Shown: piece after piece, positions 28,101 to 37,920 of the stretch | Layout of the letters: each line of letters opens with the position of its first letter | Numbering within the stretch: the stretch's first letter is position 1 | Virus record (IMG/VR): IMGVR_UViG_3300035199_000755 | Coordinates: 1 to 52,337 of that record | Length of the DNA stretch: 52,337 nt | Source: a virus | Lineage: Duplodnaviria > Caudoviricetes | Strand: one strand, 5' to 3' | Translations under genes and position numbers: made by a program | Notes under the pieces: model-generated | Databases searched by the model: none | What the model was told of the DNA's origin: nothing | What the model saw: only the letters and a program-made list of their open reading frames with translations

Positions 28101-28706
28101 TTCCTTTAACATTTTATAATCCACCCTAGGAAATCTATAGTATCCCTCTAGATACCCACGAGAAACGAGATGAAAAAGTCTCTGTAGACCCACGGACGTC
28201 TTTGGTAAAACAACGAGGTGGTGGCGTCTTTTCACTGGATCATAAAATTTTCCGCTCTTTGTTTCTTCTTCGTTCTCAACAGTTAAAGATGATCCATCAC
28301 CGATTTCTATGTTCGTTGTTTCGTCATTGCCGTCGACTATCGCCGTCAGTGGCGTTACGATTTGCTCACGTTGATCCAACAGTGTTTTAATAGCCTCAGG
28401 GTCGCCCTTCTTTCTTGCCTTGTTCAATTCATAGTCAACACGCCACATATCCAAATCAGGATGAACGTACATTTCGCAACCCGGAACGAACTTAAACGGT
28501 ACTCCCGCTTTATTCATTTTTTCAGCGTGAAGATAGGCATGGGCAAAACTATTCATATGGCCATGGTTTGTTAGGCACCAGGCATCCATTCCGTTTTCTT
28601 TAACAAAATCAATATGTTCTTGTGGATAGCCGAGGCCATCAAATGTTGAAAATCCATCATGGCTATGGAGGGAAGTGAATCTGTTTGGTTTATTTTTATT
28701 CCGCAT
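25107..28706 (-). CDS. dnaE: DNA polymerase III alpha subunit (family C)
   Basis: PHP motifs LHSH, TNHG, GCEMY, DSHY; GPGRGSAAGSLVAY, PDIDTD, HAGG, KFDLLGL, YGFNKSHAVSY; C-terminal OB-like region. Confidence 0.96.
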   Translation of the reverse strand: MRNKNKPNRFTSLHSHDGFSTFDGLGYPQEHIDFVKENGMDAWCLTNHGHMNSFAHAYLHAEKMNKAGVPFKFVPGCEMYVHPDLDMWRVDYELNKARKKGDPEAIKTLLDQREQIVTPLTAIVDGNDETTNIEIGDGSSLTVENEEETKSGKFYDPVKRRHHLVVLPKTSVGLQRLFHLVSRGYLEGYYRFPRVDYKMLKEAAKGGHLLISTACLGGPMAYEVFKHLQQVEFDNLHASLLNDTSLMTKVQTGIGNVFDALSDVAGDENVKLELQFNKLPAQHLVNRAILQFADDKGLNDNLVVTCDSHYAHPDHWKERELYKKLGWLNYKEFDPSKLPKSRDELKCELYPKNAEQTWESYFETTEEYSFYNNDIVLDAIERTSDIVHHEIDNIVADKSVKLPSYVVPKGKTDDEALVQMCKEGLRKCGLTDKQYVNRLITELKVIKQKKFSKYFLTMKAILDVARKRMLIGPGRGSAAGSLVAYVLGLTNVDPIEYGLLFERFLSTHRQGAPDIDTDVADRDLLLELLREQFGAQNILPISNYNTFKLKSLVKDIARFYGIPFEEVNAAMSPVENDVKAATFKKGMDKNLFTLLYDDAIKYSKSFKDFIEKYPHIAEPISVLFKQNKALGRHAGGVIISENVLERMPVITARGEAQTPWVEGIHYKHLEEFGWIKFDLLGLETLRIIQRCIELILKRHEGTPNPSFDNVKNWFNEHMDPKVMDMNDQNVYENIYHSGKWGGIFQATQRGAQKLFMQSEPRSIIDIATLTSIYRPGPLSANVHKIYMKSKSNPESIDYKHPLIKQVLEPTFGAIIFQEQVMELCNVVAGFPQEDCDMIRRLIMKRSASKKDAQAKQVRELKQQFVSGAKKNGIDPAVADDLYEKILFFSGYGFNKSHAVSYAIDSYYCAWLMTYYEAEWLCAYMETQAEDPRKRSRALSEIKSRGYDIVNIDINYASDKWTIMPDKKFMPSFLTVKGVGLSAVEEITNNRPYNNIHDLLWNDDGAWKHGKFNKRSLENLIKVGAFNSLDVVGEDKLFSSYRHMHHIVVENNLLLKKKKFTIDDFHCLISDTREIEDWTRSEKIEMLKTLVGHVDISLIVSSKLRQELDKREVPPINKYNPELPIHWFIIDDIHVKRTRKNKPYLLLSILGENGEKKRMFCWGLKDTHQINLRANRVCIAKVDNGDFGFSTRTWDIRMID

Positions 28707-28774
28707 AACTATATTATCTCACATTATGTGAATTTTTTCATAAAATAATCTATAATAGTATAGAAACCAGCGAA

Positions 28775-28781
28775 ATACTTA
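28775..28781 (+). promoter_or_regulatory. ATACTTA putative late-promoter element
   Basis: 7 nt before ATG at 28789; the same ATA(C/T/A)TTA occurs upstream of six minus-strand genes. Confidence 0.45.
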
Positions 28782-28788
28782 ATTTATA

Positions 28789-30282
28789 ATGAAACATGAA
28801 TTAATTCGAAAATTTATTAGATCACATATACACCGGATGAATGAAGGAAAAGCGGCGGCAGTGACCCTGCTTCCGCAGTTCGATGATCCAAACCTTACAT
28901 ACGCACCCTTCACCAGGGATATAATCGATAAATTTCTACCCAGAACATACGATAAATTTCCAGGTAGTGGAGACAATACGGTGGTTGGTCGCTTATTATA
29001 TTCTCTTGCAAAAGCTGGATTAGTTAACTCAGAAAGACCACCCAAATTTCAATTTGGTTCAAGTAGACTGGCAGCATATTCAAAATATGCGTCAGAAAAA
29101 CTCCTATTTCCGGGAGAAGATCCAGAAATAGCTAGCGCAGCAAAGTCCATGAAGCAAAAATTTGGAGATCTTGATATTGATGTACAGTTTGCACAAGGAA
29201 TAAAGACAAAAGATATAGCCAGCTTTATTACACAAAAATTTCCGTTTATAAAAGCATTACCGAAAGCAGAAGCGCATCTTGCCGTTCGATATGGTAACCA
29301 CGTATACCAAGTAGACCTAATAAACGTCCAAAAAGAGCATGAGTCAACGGAGCTTGTTTTTCAGTTTAGTTCGTTTAAAGACCTCGCAAGCGAAGTTAAA
29401 GGAGCGTTTCAAACGGAGCTGTTAAAAGCTGTAGCTGCTATGAGAGATTCAAACGTTGAATTACAAGAGATGGATAAATTTTCGATAGATAATCCTGCCC
29501 ATGAATTTTCAATACAATACAAGAAATTCATTGATTGTGGATATATACCCTCGAACCTAAGATATAAGGTGGCAAAGCTAGCTAAGGGAATTCAACTGGT
29601 TGTTGATTTTAAAAACCCTTCTTTCAAACGAGGGAAATCACTCGCATGTCCCCTAACAAATGTACTATCTTATGACGATCTTGATCAAATTGCAAAATTT
29701 CTGCTAGATGATGATTCTGTAACAGGCGCGATAATTTTATCAGCCGTCGATTTAGCAAAATATGTCGGTGATAACTTCTCACCGTCAAAAAAACAAATAA
29801 TTGCAACAATCATACAGGACAATAGAGCGATAAATAGACTGGACGAAGAAGATCGAAAAAAAGGACTTAACATAATTTTACAGCTTTTAAAATTAAACAG
29901 TGGTATATCTGAACAGCATTGGATGCAATTTATGTTGCCTCGTACAACTACAAGTTTCTTTAAAGATAAAAAACTTGCATATAAACAACAAAAATTAAAT
30001 GACAATAAAACGCTTACAAAGATATTACGTAAACTTCAAATAAAAGACAGTTTATCAGAAAAAGAAAAATCGATAATAAATTCGACCTTAGAAGAAGTTG
30101 GTAGTGGAGATCCCATATTTGCAATACAACAAAAAATCTTTATGAATCAGCAGGCGGCGCGAGCCATTAGAGATACGGATTTCGATTTTCTCAATAACCG
30201 TTCTTCAACCTATCTAAATTCACGCGATTTTTCTTACAGTATGCCTGGTAAAGCTCGTCGGAAGTTACCCCGCACAGAATAA
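28789..30282 (+). CDS. hypothetical protein with Pol-beta-type nucleotidyltransferase motifs
   Basis: FGSS...KFGDLDIDV...YQVDL; the only credible plus-strand gene. Confidence 0.6.
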   Translation: MKHELIRKFIRSHIHRMNEGKAAAVTLLPQFDDPNLTYAPFTRDIIDKFLPRTYDKFPGSGDNTVVGRLLYSLAKAGLVNSERPPKFQFGSSRLAAYSKYASEKLLFPGEDPEIASAAKSMKQKFGDLDIDVQFAQGIKTKDIASFITQKFPFIKALPKAEAHLAVRYGNHVYQVDLINVQKEHESTELVFQFSSFKDLASEVKGAFQTELLKAVAAMRDSNVELQEMDKFSIDNPAHEFSIQYKKFIDCGYIPSNLRYKVAKLAKGIQLVVDFKNPSFKRGKSLACPLTNVLSYDDLDQIAKFLLDDDSVTGAIILSAVDLAKYVGDNFSPSKKQIIATIIQDNRAINRLDEEDRKKGLNIILQLLKLNSGISEQHWMQFMLPRTTTSFFKDKKLAYKQQKLNDNKTLTKILRKLQIKDSLSEKEKSIINSTLEEVGSGDPIFAIQQKIFMNQQAARAIRDTDFDFLNNRSSTYLNSRDFSYSMPGKARRKLPRTE

Positions 30283-30589
30283 GTAACTCCAGCGTATAAT
30301 GCAGGGACTCAACAAGCTCTTCTAAAAATTCGCTTCGATCGAATTCTTTGTTTTCGGTCTTACGATGCTTTTTCCAGTTTTTCAAATGAGCAAGTGCCTC
30401 GAACATTTCTTCTACAGAACGCAAGGTAATATCACGACAAAACCTTTGATCGTATTTATCAGTTAAATCAACTGGCCAAGACGGTAGATCGTCTGATTTT
30501 GTTCTCTTATACTCTTGCATTAATTTTTCCTGAAGGTTAAACATGCTTTCAAGTCGATTAGATAACAATTTTTTCTTCTCCTCGCCCAT
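30191..30589 (-). CDS. all-alpha dUTPase / dCTP pyrophosphatase (MazG superfamily, T4 gp56-like)
   Basis: EEMFE, NWKKH.K, EELVESLHY, Y.KKN.VN..R.KNGY. Confidence 0.85.
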   Translation of the reverse strand: MGEEKKKLLSNRLESMFNLQEKLMQEYKRTKSDDLPSWPVDLTDKYDQRFCRDITLRSVEEMFEALAHLKNWKKHRKTENKEFDRSEFLEELVESLHYTLELLILCGVTSDELYQAYCKKNRVNLDRLKNGY

Positions 30590-30782
30590 CGCGTCTTCTA
30601 TTTACGAACTCAAGAAGCGCGTCATTTAATGCGTGACTAAATGAAACATCATCCCACTCAGACCAGCCCATCTTTTCCATATAGTATTCCTGAAACTCTG
30701 GGGGGATTTCGATGTCTGCGTCAAAAAATCCGTCTTCGGTTTCACGGACGTTGGTTATCTTTATGCCCGAACCAGGTAACAT
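30558..30782 (-). CDS. hypothetical acidic protein
   Basis: 74 aa, GGAGG SD, TAATG coupling. Confidence 0.65.
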   Translation of the reverse strand: MLPGSGIKITNVRETEDGFFDADIEIPPEFQEYYMEKMGWSEWDDVSFSHALNDALLEFVNRRRDGRGEEKIVI

Positions 30783-31018
30783 TATACCTCCGAAGATTGT
30801 TTGGGCGCAACGGTTTCAATAAAGGATTGCATCTTATCTAACCGTGAAGTGGCTGCCTCAAGATATTCGTCAGTTAAATCCAGTTGACCCGCTTCATTTA
30901 CTGTCACCTCTAACTGTCTAAGGTTATCAACAACGTCAGTGCCTGTCAACAATCCAATCTGAACAAGTTTCGCTATTTCAGATATAACATTATCGTGTAA
31001 ATTATAAGTCGTTTTCAT
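30782..31018 (-). CDS. hypothetical protein
   Basis: Start moved from 31084 to ATG 31018 (MKTTYNL) because of AAGGAG SD and a promoter-like element upstream. Confidence 0.7.
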   Translation of the reverse strand: MKTTYNLHDNVISEIAKLVQIGLLTGTDVVDNLRQLEVTVNEAGQLDLTDEYLEAATSRLDKMQSFIETVAPKQSSEV

Positions 31019-31107
31019 TATTTCTCCTTTGTAATGATAATATAGCGATTTTCCTAAATGTGTAAAACTATAATAAAAATACAAACAAAACTAATAATTG
31101 TTAACGA

Positions 31108-31599
31108 TTAATGGGAACGGTTAAGCATGACGGGTTGGATAACATTTTTTGAATTATAAAACCTCTGCGACTTTAAAAAAGATAACCTTTCAAAGTCTTG
31201 GCGAATTTTATACAGGTGATTTGATTCCTCTTTTCCGAGTACATGTTCCATGCATGTCCTTGTGTCTTGTATCTCACATTGCATTTTAATAAGTGCAAGG
31301 TTATGAGAGAAGAACAAAAAATTAGAAACCTTATCCCTCTGTAGTCTATTGCAATCTTTATTAAAAAGTTGCATTGATGGTCCGGCTGGTGTAGTGCAAT
31401 CAACCATGTACAGGGCACCCGCATTATTATCTCCTAGGTTACCAAAAACATACGAAAATGCAAGCATTTCATACGGATCGGTTCCTATTGTTCGCGATAT
31501 AGATTGAATAAATTCAATATTTTCCCTCTGCACTTTTGTCAAATTAGAAGGAACTAGTACATGCATTGCGGCCATAATAAAAACTGTTTTTAGTACCAT
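31108..31599 (-). CDS. secreted hypothetical protein, possibly a degenerate lysozyme/SLT fold
   Basis: Signal-peptide-like N-terminus; TIGTDPYEMLAFSYV...GALYMV resembles SLT but lacks the ES catalytic Glu. Confidence 0.5.
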   Translation of the reverse strand: MVLKTVFIMAAMHVLVPSNLTKVQRENIEFIQSISRTIGTDPYEMLAFSYVFGNLGDNNAGALYMVDCTTPAGPSMQLFNKDCNRLQRDKVSNFLFFSHNLALIKMQCEIQDTRTCMEHVLGKEESNHLYKIRQDFERLSFLKSQRFYNSKNVIQPVMLNRSH

Positions 31600-31659
31600 G
31601 TATTAACCTCTTAATACCATTATAATTAAGTATTATATATAGCTTTTAAATTCTAATGA

Positions 31660-32640
31660 TTAACATTTAATTGAAGCTGTAAGTTGTTTTAGTAATGTAC
31701 GTTGCTCAGCAGTTAAGTTTTTTGGTATCGTTGGCTTAATAACAACGCAATGATTTCCTTTACGGCTATCTTGTCCAGCGTTGATTCCATGCGATTTAAT
31801 TTTAAGAATATCTTCTGGTTGGGTACCCGCAGGAACGTCAACGATAACAGCACCATGAATTGTATCAACAGATATATTTCCACCGAGTATTAGTGTAAAA
31901 ACAGAACATTCACATTGCGATACTATATCTAAACCTTCTCGTTTAAATCTCTTAGAACCAGCTACGCTCAACAATATAATCAAATCACCGAGTTCACCAT
32001 GGCTTATTTTTAATTTTGTACCATGCTCAACCCCAGGTGGTATCTTGATGCCAAAGGGAATATTGCGAGAGCTTTCACCAGAACCTCGACATAGGTCACA
32101 TCGTCTCTTAACGAATTTACCGTTACCGGAACATGTAGGACAGACTAAAGTTACGGATAAAAACCCCTGGTCGTGCTGTACTTTACCGGATCCACTACAT
32201 ACGGTACAATAATCAAATCCAGCATTGGGATCTGCACCGGTGCCAGAGCAGCCTCTACACGGATTAGACAGGCTTACAACCAGGTCCTTATCGCACCCAT
32301 GAACAGACTCTAAAAAACTTAGCTGCACCCTAAGTTGATGACCACGAGATTGACGGCGATGATTACCACCAAAAAATGTATCAAAAATAGAACCAAAATT
32401 ATCAAACACAGAATCGAAACCCATAGATGACATTGCGGGATTATCATAGTGCTTTCGCTTGTCGGCGTCACCGAGCGTTTCATATGCCTCTGATATCCGT
32501 TTAAATTTCTCCTCTGAGGTAGGATTATCTTTGTTTTTATCTGGGTGGTATTTTTTTGCTAAATTTCTGTATGCCTTCTTTATGTCTGCTTGAGAGGCGT
32601 CTTTACTAACACCAAGAACCCTGTAATAATCTATGCTCAT
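31660..32640 (-). CDS. dnaJ: DnaJ (class A) co-chaperone
   Basis: DYYRVLGV...YHPDKN J domain, four CxxCxGxG motifs; ATG at 32640 with GGAG SD. Confidence 0.95.
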   Translation of the reverse strand: MSIDYYRVLGVSKDASQADIKKAYRNLAKKYHPDKNKDNPTSEEKFKRISEAYETLGDADKRKHYDNPAMSSMGFDSVFDNFGSIFDTFFGGNHRRQSRGHQLRVQLSFLESVHGCDKDLVVSLSNPCRGCSGTGADPNAGFDYCTVCSGSGKVQHDQGFLSVTLVCPTCSGNGKFVKRRCDLCRGSGESSRNIPFGIKIPPGVEHGTKLKISHGELGDLIILLSVAGSKRFKREGLDIVSQCECSVFTLILGGNISVDTIHGAVIVDVPAGTQPEDILKIKSHGINAGQDSRKGNHCVVIKPTIPKNLTAEQRTLLKQLTASIKC

Positions 32641-32699
32641 GCTGCTCCGTTGCACATTCTATAAAATAATAAAAATAAATAGATTGTGAGTAAATGTAT

Positions 32700-33284
32700 T
32701 TAACAACCACACCCCGTATGCTCAGCCATTCGTTGCCATCGCCGCAATAATCTATAGTGACGAGGAAGTTCTCTACAACGTCCACCCCTGCGAGGCGCCC
32801 TTATAGCATGTACCCAGGCAGCAACGAATTGTCTAACAGCGGTTCGGTGATGGCAGCGTTGTCGTACTCGAGGAAGTTGTTTGATAATATGCGCAAACCA
32901 GACTCGAGCAGATGCCCTGTGGTCTGTTCTTAATATACCATAACCACGTCTCGAATTTGACCACCACGGCCATAACTGTAATATCCCGATGGCTCGGGGG
33001 TAACGATGGCCGCGGACTGTTTTAAAATCACCTCGAGCCATCGGATTAAACCCACTCTCAGAACAGGCTGCGGCCAGAATCATACCTCTCAGTTTTTCTG
33101 GAATATTATATCGTGTAAAATATTCATCTTCAACTGCTATTAAATCATTCACAACCGTCATATTAATATCTTCATAGCGTTTGTTTGGGCAATTATTAAC
33201 TGCTACATTGACTATATCATCATACACGTATGACGGTGGAGATACAGATATTAACGTGGCGACCAAGGTAATGATGGCTTCCAT
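32700..33284 (-). CDS. lytic transglycosylase (SLT-like)
   Basis: AAACSESGFNPMARGD...AIGILQL; hydrophobic N-terminus, very basic C-terminus. Confidence 0.7.
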   Translation of the reverse strand: MEAIITLVATLISVSPPSYVYDDIVNVAVNNCPNKRYEDINMTVVNDLIAVEDEYFTRYNIPEKLRGMILAAACSESGFNPMARGDFKTVRGHRYPRAIGILQLWPWWSNSRRGYGILRTDHRASARVWFAHIIKQLPRVRQRCHHRTAVRQFVAAWVHAIRAPRRGGRCRELPRHYRLLRRWQRMAEHTGCGC

Positions 33285-33329
33285 AATTCTTCCTTTCTAT
33301 ACAATGATTACAAAAATGCTACTGTGATA

Positions 33330-35198
33330 TCATGCTGCTTCTTCATCAACGATATCAACATCGACAGTACTAGTGTCAGTGGCATTAGGGTCTGGTTGTT
33401 GCGAAGCTACTTGCTCGTACATTGCCTTGGTAACATCGTGAACGACAGTTTCCAAAGACTTAAGGGCTGTATCTAATAACTGAATGTCGTCGGTTTCCAA
33501 CGCCTCTTTGGCTTCAGTTATTATAGGCATTACTTTATCGCTATCGAATGTACCAACGCCCTTTAACTGTTCCAAACTAGATTCAACTTGGTATATCATT
33601 GTGCTCAAAGAGTTCTTTGTTTCAACCATTTTTTTTGCCTGAGCATCTTCATCAGCATGTTTTTCTGCGTCCTGAATCATTTGTTGTATTTCTTCATCTG
33701 ATAAACCACCGGTATTTGTAATAGTAATTGATTGATCCTTTTCGGTGGCTTTATCTATAGCGGATACCTTTAAAATACCATTAGCATCGATATCAAATAC
33801 AACTTCCACTTGCGGAACACCACGCGGGGCGGGTGGAATACCGTCAAGGTTAAAACGACCTAGTGTCCTGTTATGAGACGCCATGTCTCGTTCACCTTGT
33901 AGGACATGTATCTCTACGCTAGGTTGGTTGTTGGCAGCGGTGGAAAAAATCTCCGTCTTTTTAGCTGGTATCGTTGTATTTTTTGTAATTAGTTTAGTAA
34001 AAACACCACCCATAGTTTCTATTCCTAAACTTAGGGGTGTTACATCAAGAAGCAACACGTCCTTTACGTCGCCTGCTAAAACGCCACCCTGGACAGCTGC
34101 ACCCATTGCAACAACTTCATCGGGGTTTACGCCACGGTGCGGGGATTGAGCGAAAAAACTTTCGACATGTTCAAGAACTAACGGAATACGTGTAGATCCT
34201 CCGACTAAAACGACTGAATTGATGTCTCCTGGCTTTTTATCTGCATCCTTCAGAGCAGTTTTACATGCATCGAATGTTTTCTTTACGATTGGTCCTATTA
34301 ATTGATTAAACTTAGACCTCGTAATTTTCATGTTAAAATGTTTTGGACCTGACGAATCTGCAGTAAGAAACGGTAAATTAATATCAGTTTCCACGGTGGA
34401 ACTTAATTCGATTTTCGATTTCTCTGCTGCTTCTCGAAGTCGTTGAACAACCATGGGATCATCGGTAACATCAATTCCACTCTCTTTTTTAAACCCTTCA
34501 ATAAAGTAATCTATAAGCTTTTCGTCGATATTATCGCCACCTAGCTGTGTATCACCAGACGTAGATAACACTTCTATAACGCCTTCACCGACCTCTAGGA
34601 TTGAAATATCAAATGTTCCACCACCAAAGTCGTATACCACTATTAGTTCTTCAGACTTTTTATCAAGCCCATAAGCTAAGGCGGCGGCGGTTGGCTCATT
34701 AATAATACGCTTTACATCAAGCCCAGCAACTTTTCCTGCGTCTTTTGTAGCTTGTCGTTGGGAATCATTAAAGTAAGCTGGAACAGTAATAACCGCTTCT
34801 GTCACATCTTCTCCCAAGTAATTTTCGGCCGACTGCTTGAGCTTCTGAAGTACCTTTGCACTAATTTCTTGGGGGGCGTATGTTTTATCATCGACAGAAA
34901 ATTCTACATATCCAGATTTTGATTTCTTAACCGTATATGGAACCTTCTTCACATTACTTTTAACTTCATTAAATCTTGATCCGATAAACCTTTTGGCTGA
35001 ATACACCGTATTTTTTGCATTTACAACCGCCTGTCTTTTTGCGGATACACCGACGAGAGTTTTATTATCGTCAAATGCGACAATTGATGGTGTGGTTCTA
35101 GCACCCTCTTCGTTAACGACAACAACTGGACTACCAGCTTCCATTACTGCAACGCATGAATTCGTTGTCCCTAAATCGATTCCTATAATTTTTGACAC
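33330..35198 (-). CDS. dnaK: DnaK / Hsp70
   Basis: [55 protein letters not shown]. Confidence 0.98.
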   Translation of the reverse strand: MSKIIGIDLGTTNSCVAVMEAGSPVVVVNEEGARTTPSIVAFDDNKTLVGVSAKRQAVVNAKNTVYSAKRFIGSRFNEVKSNVKKVPYTVKKSKSGYVEFSVDDKTYAPQEISAKVLQKLKQSAENYLGEDVTEAVITVPAYFNDSQRQATKDAGKVAGLDVKRIINEPTAAALAYGLDKKSEELIVVYDFGGGTFDISILEVGEGVIEVLSTSGDTQLGGDNIDEKLIDYFIEGFKKESGIDVTDDPMVVQRLREAAEKSKIELSSTVETDINLPFLTADSSGPKHFNMKITRSKFNQLIGPIVKKTFDACKTALKDADKKPGDINSVVLVGGSTRIPLVLEHVESFFAQSPHRGVNPDEVVAMGAAVQGGVLAGDVKDVLLLDVTPLSLGIETMGGVFTKLITKNTTIPAKKTEIFSTAANNQPSVEIHVLQGERDMASHNRTLGRFNLDGIPPAPRGVPQVEVVFDIDANGILKVSAIDKATEKDQSITITNTGGLSDEEIQQMIQDAEKHADEDAQAKKMVETKNSLSTMIYQVESSLEQLKGVGTFDSDKVMPIITEAKEALETDDIQLLDTALKSLETVVHDVTKAMYEQVASQQPDPNATDTSTVDVDIVDEEAA

Positions 35199-35239
35199 AA
35201 TATTCTCCTTAATTTACTTTCACGTTTGTATTTTGATTG

Positions 35240-35671
35240 TTATAATATTTTAATTTCTACTGGTTGGGTTTCAGGACGTTGCGGTACTGTAATCGTCAAT
35301 AATCCATTACTAAATGATGCATTTGCGCTTGTAAGATCTAAATTATTATCGTAGTTTACAAATGTTTTCGTAAATGACCGTTTGGCGATCCTTCTATTGG
35401 ATACAGCGTCTATACCCGACGTCGAATTAGCAGCGACCGTAATACTTCTTGTGTCTGGTTTAACATCTATCGTTAGGTCATCCCTAGAAAATCCTGCCAG
35501 TGCAAATTCCATCACGGTGTTTCCATCATCGTCCCTAAAGATATCTGCAACAGGATAGCCCTGAGTTGATTGTTTTAAGTGACGTGGAAAATCAATAAAA
35601 AAATTATCAAAAACGTTATCTAGAACGTTTCGACCGACCAATCCTGGTCGATAAGTGGTAATAGTAGTCAT
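35240..35671 (-). CDS. small heat-shock protein (Hsp20)
   Basis: YPVADI, FALAGF, RRIAKRSF, ASFSNGLLTITVP. Confidence 0.92.
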   Translation of the reverse strand: MTTITTYRPGLVGRNVLDNVFDNFFIDFPRHLKQSTQGYPVADIFRDDDGNTVMEFALAGFSRDDLTIDVKPDTRSITVAANSTSGIDAVSNRRIAKRSFTKTFVNYDNNLDLTSANASFSNGLLTITVPQRPETQPVEIKIL

Positions 35672-35790
35672 ATATTTCTCCTTTAAAAAGCAAGTTAAAT
35701 ACTGAACATTCTAAAAGCAACATTCAATATCAGTCAAAATATAAGCACTTTCTTATAGATGTACACAGTAAAAATGCACTTTTTATAAAC

Positions 35791-36186
35791 TTACGGCCTA
35801 TAATCCTTCACGCCTTTACCCTTCCATCTTGCATTCCACCCCCTTGTGTCATAATGAACAAAGCTGGTATAAAGACCGACTCCGCCTGTTTTGATCTTTC
35901 CTTCTTTAATAAGATTGATAATAACTTCCCTTAATTCTTTTGGGGTCATACCTTTCACACGAAGATCGGCAGCTTTTGCTTTCATATGTTGAGATTTTTT
36001 TGCGCCGCCGATTTTTCTATTATATTTTGGTGTTCTGTAACCAGATATAACGTGTATGGGTCGATCAATATGGTCACGAATAACCTGTAAGTTCTTTACC
36101 AGCTCTCTTACGCTATCCATTAAGTCGTCAGGAACGTCTGTACCATCCCTGCATCTAAATTCGCTTAATTTAAAGTTCTTAGTCAA
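35791..36186 (-). CDS. peptidase M15A (D-Ala-D-Ala zinc peptidase), probable endolysin
   Basis: NFKLSEF.C.DG, ISGYR...YN..IGGA..SQH..AAD, FVHYDTR. Confidence 0.9.
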   Translation of the reverse strand: MTKNFKLSEFRCRDGTDVPDDLMDSVRELVKNLQVIRDHIDRPIHVISGYRTPKYNRKIGGAKKSQHMKAKAADLRVKGMTPKELREVIINLIKEGKIKTGGVGLYTSFVHYDTRGWNARWKGKGVKDYRP

Positions 36187-36218
36187 CTGACTCGTATCTT
36201 TTTCTCACATGAAATTGC

Positions 36219-37211
36219 TCATCTTGCTTCTCCTTCGCCGCAGCCTGATTCTTCTGGGATATAAACCCATTTAAATGTTTGATCCCCGATTCCTGAATGG
36301 GATATTTTTCTGTCAATAATAACATGCATAATGTTTGTTGGTATTTTTCTAATCTTTTTTAAGAATCTTTTCGTGTGTCTATACGGTTTATCCCATTTCC
36401 TTGTTAGCAATATAAACCTTGTATAATATCGATCAGTTTTTGATTTAAAATATTTCCACGTAATATCCGTCCAGTATCCATACCCAGCATCGGAAAAAAT
36501 AACTTTTACCAAAGGTTGGGGGGATCTGTCGTAAAGCCAGTCCATACCACCAGACCTAGATATTGACATTAGTGCACTTCCGCCTGCACTGTGACCTATC
36601 AATATAAAGTCTCCGAAATTAAATTTACAATGACCATATTCAGCGCACTGATTTCTTCTTACGGGAGATGGGTCAAAAAGTGTAACTATAATTTTCACAA
36701 CTGAACTTATGAAAGTAGAAAACTGGTGCTTTCCAGTAAACACACGGCCTTGCCTAGATTTTGGAGTCGATGTATGCTTAGACCATGGCATCTCTGGAAT
36801 CACAATAATAAAATTTTTGTCCTGTTCTTTGAAACTTTTTGTGTGCCTCAAGACTCTTGTACGGAAATCCCTCTCCTTAAATCCTCCTAGACCGTGAAAA
36901 TAAAGTATCAAATCAATAGGCTTATCAAAGCTTGTATTTTCTGGAACGAAAATAATGGTATCCCTTGCTTTGTTTTTATGTTTAGGATCTTTATAACCAT
37001 TTCCCATAATTGGTGCGATAAATGTCGCACCCCTAACCGTAGTGTTGTTTTTTGTTAGTTCATAATAAACCGTTTTCCATGTTGAAACCGTTTTATGGTA
37101 TGAACCGCTCTCTGTTACGAGGATTTCTTTAACGTTTACATTATCCGCTGCGGTGGCTGGACTGTATAAAAGTAAGCATAAAACAAATATATTAACTGTT
37201 TTTTTCACCAT
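36219..37211 (-). CDS. secreted alpha/beta-hydrolase-fold protein
   Basis: Signal peptide, LYFHG oxyanion motif, GHSAGG nucleophile elbow, SD and SH candidate triad residues. Confidence 0.7.
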   Translation of the reverse strand: MVKKTVNIFVLCLLLYSPATAADNVNVKEILVTESGSYHKTVSTWKTVYYELTKNNTTVRGATFIAPIMGNGYKDPKHKNKARDTIIFVPENTSFDKPIDLILYFHGLGGFKERDFRTRVLRHTKSFKEQDKNFIIVIPEMPWSKHTSTPKSRQGRVFTGKHQFSTFISSVVKIIVTLFDPSPVRRNQCAEYGHCKFNFGDFILIGHSAGGSALMSISRSGGMDWLYDRSPQPLVKVIFSDAGYGYWTDITWKYFKSKTDRYYTRFILLTRKWDKPYRHTKRFLKKIRKIPTNIMHVIIDRKISHSGIGDQTFKWVYIPEESGCGEGEAR

Positions 37212-37908
37212 TTTTAATTTCTATATAAGATTTAACCGTCTCTGGAAATAATTTCTGCGCAATTTCCAAACAAGCTTTTGCGACCTGCTGTATTTCCCAT
37301 TGTGCTCCTTCGTGACTACGGAGATCTATAAATTTAAGCAAGTTATTTAGATTGCATGTTCCGTAATACTCCGTATAAAGATTTTGAGGTAGCGCACCTC
37401 TTGCCTGTTCTCTACAAACACCCAGCTCCAAAAGTTTTTCATAAACGTAAAGAGAAGCGTCGTGGTGTTGCTGTAGAAATTCAGAGGCACGGATCGGAGC
37501 TTTTGCTACCTCTAGCTCAGGGTCGAACCATTCATCGATACTGGCTTGACGATTAGATTCACTTTGCTTCCTAAACTTTATGGGTTTATAAAATTCTAAA
37601 TTAAAATTTGTATAACGTCTGCTAATCTCATTGTACGACCAGGTTCTATGACGATGGTGCTGCGATCTTATGAACAACGGAACCTTAAACCTAAATGTTA
37701 CTGCACAGTGCTCTAGTGTGGATGTATGTCTATGATTTATTAAATAGCGAATAAGTCGTTTATCAGCGTCCGAGAGACTTGATACGTGCTTACCAAAACT
37801 GACACGAGCACTATTAACAACTGTAACGTCAGAACCCATATGGGAAACATACTCAACAAAACCAATGTTGTCTGAATATATGTCAATTTTTTTCTCCAGC
37901 TTTTCCAT
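37192..37908 (-). CDS. thyX: flavin-dependent thymidylate synthase
   Basis: VNSARVSF, H.S.LEH, RHRTWSYNEISRRY, REQARG.LP, HAQWEI-like GAQWEI. Confidence 0.96.
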   Translation of the reverse strand: MEKLEKKIDIYSDNIGFVEYVSHMGSDVTVVNSARVSFGKHVSSLSDADKRLIRYLINHRHTSTLEHCAVTFRFKVPLFIRSQHHRHRTWSYNEISRRYTNFNLEFYKPIKFRKQSESNRQASIDEWFDPELEVAKAPIRASEFLQQHHDASLYVYEKLLELGVCREQARGALPQNLYTEYYGTCNLNNLLKFIDLRSHEGAQWEIQQVAKACLEIAQKLFPETVKSYIEIKNGEKNS

Positions 37909-37920
37909 TTTTATTCTATT

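Noticed and set aside
28230-28455. Intein in DnaE (also looked for in RNR, helicase and RecA)
   Set aside because: The insert is short, with no C/S-start...HN-C/S/T junctions or LAGLIDADG motifs; the other proteins are of normal length.
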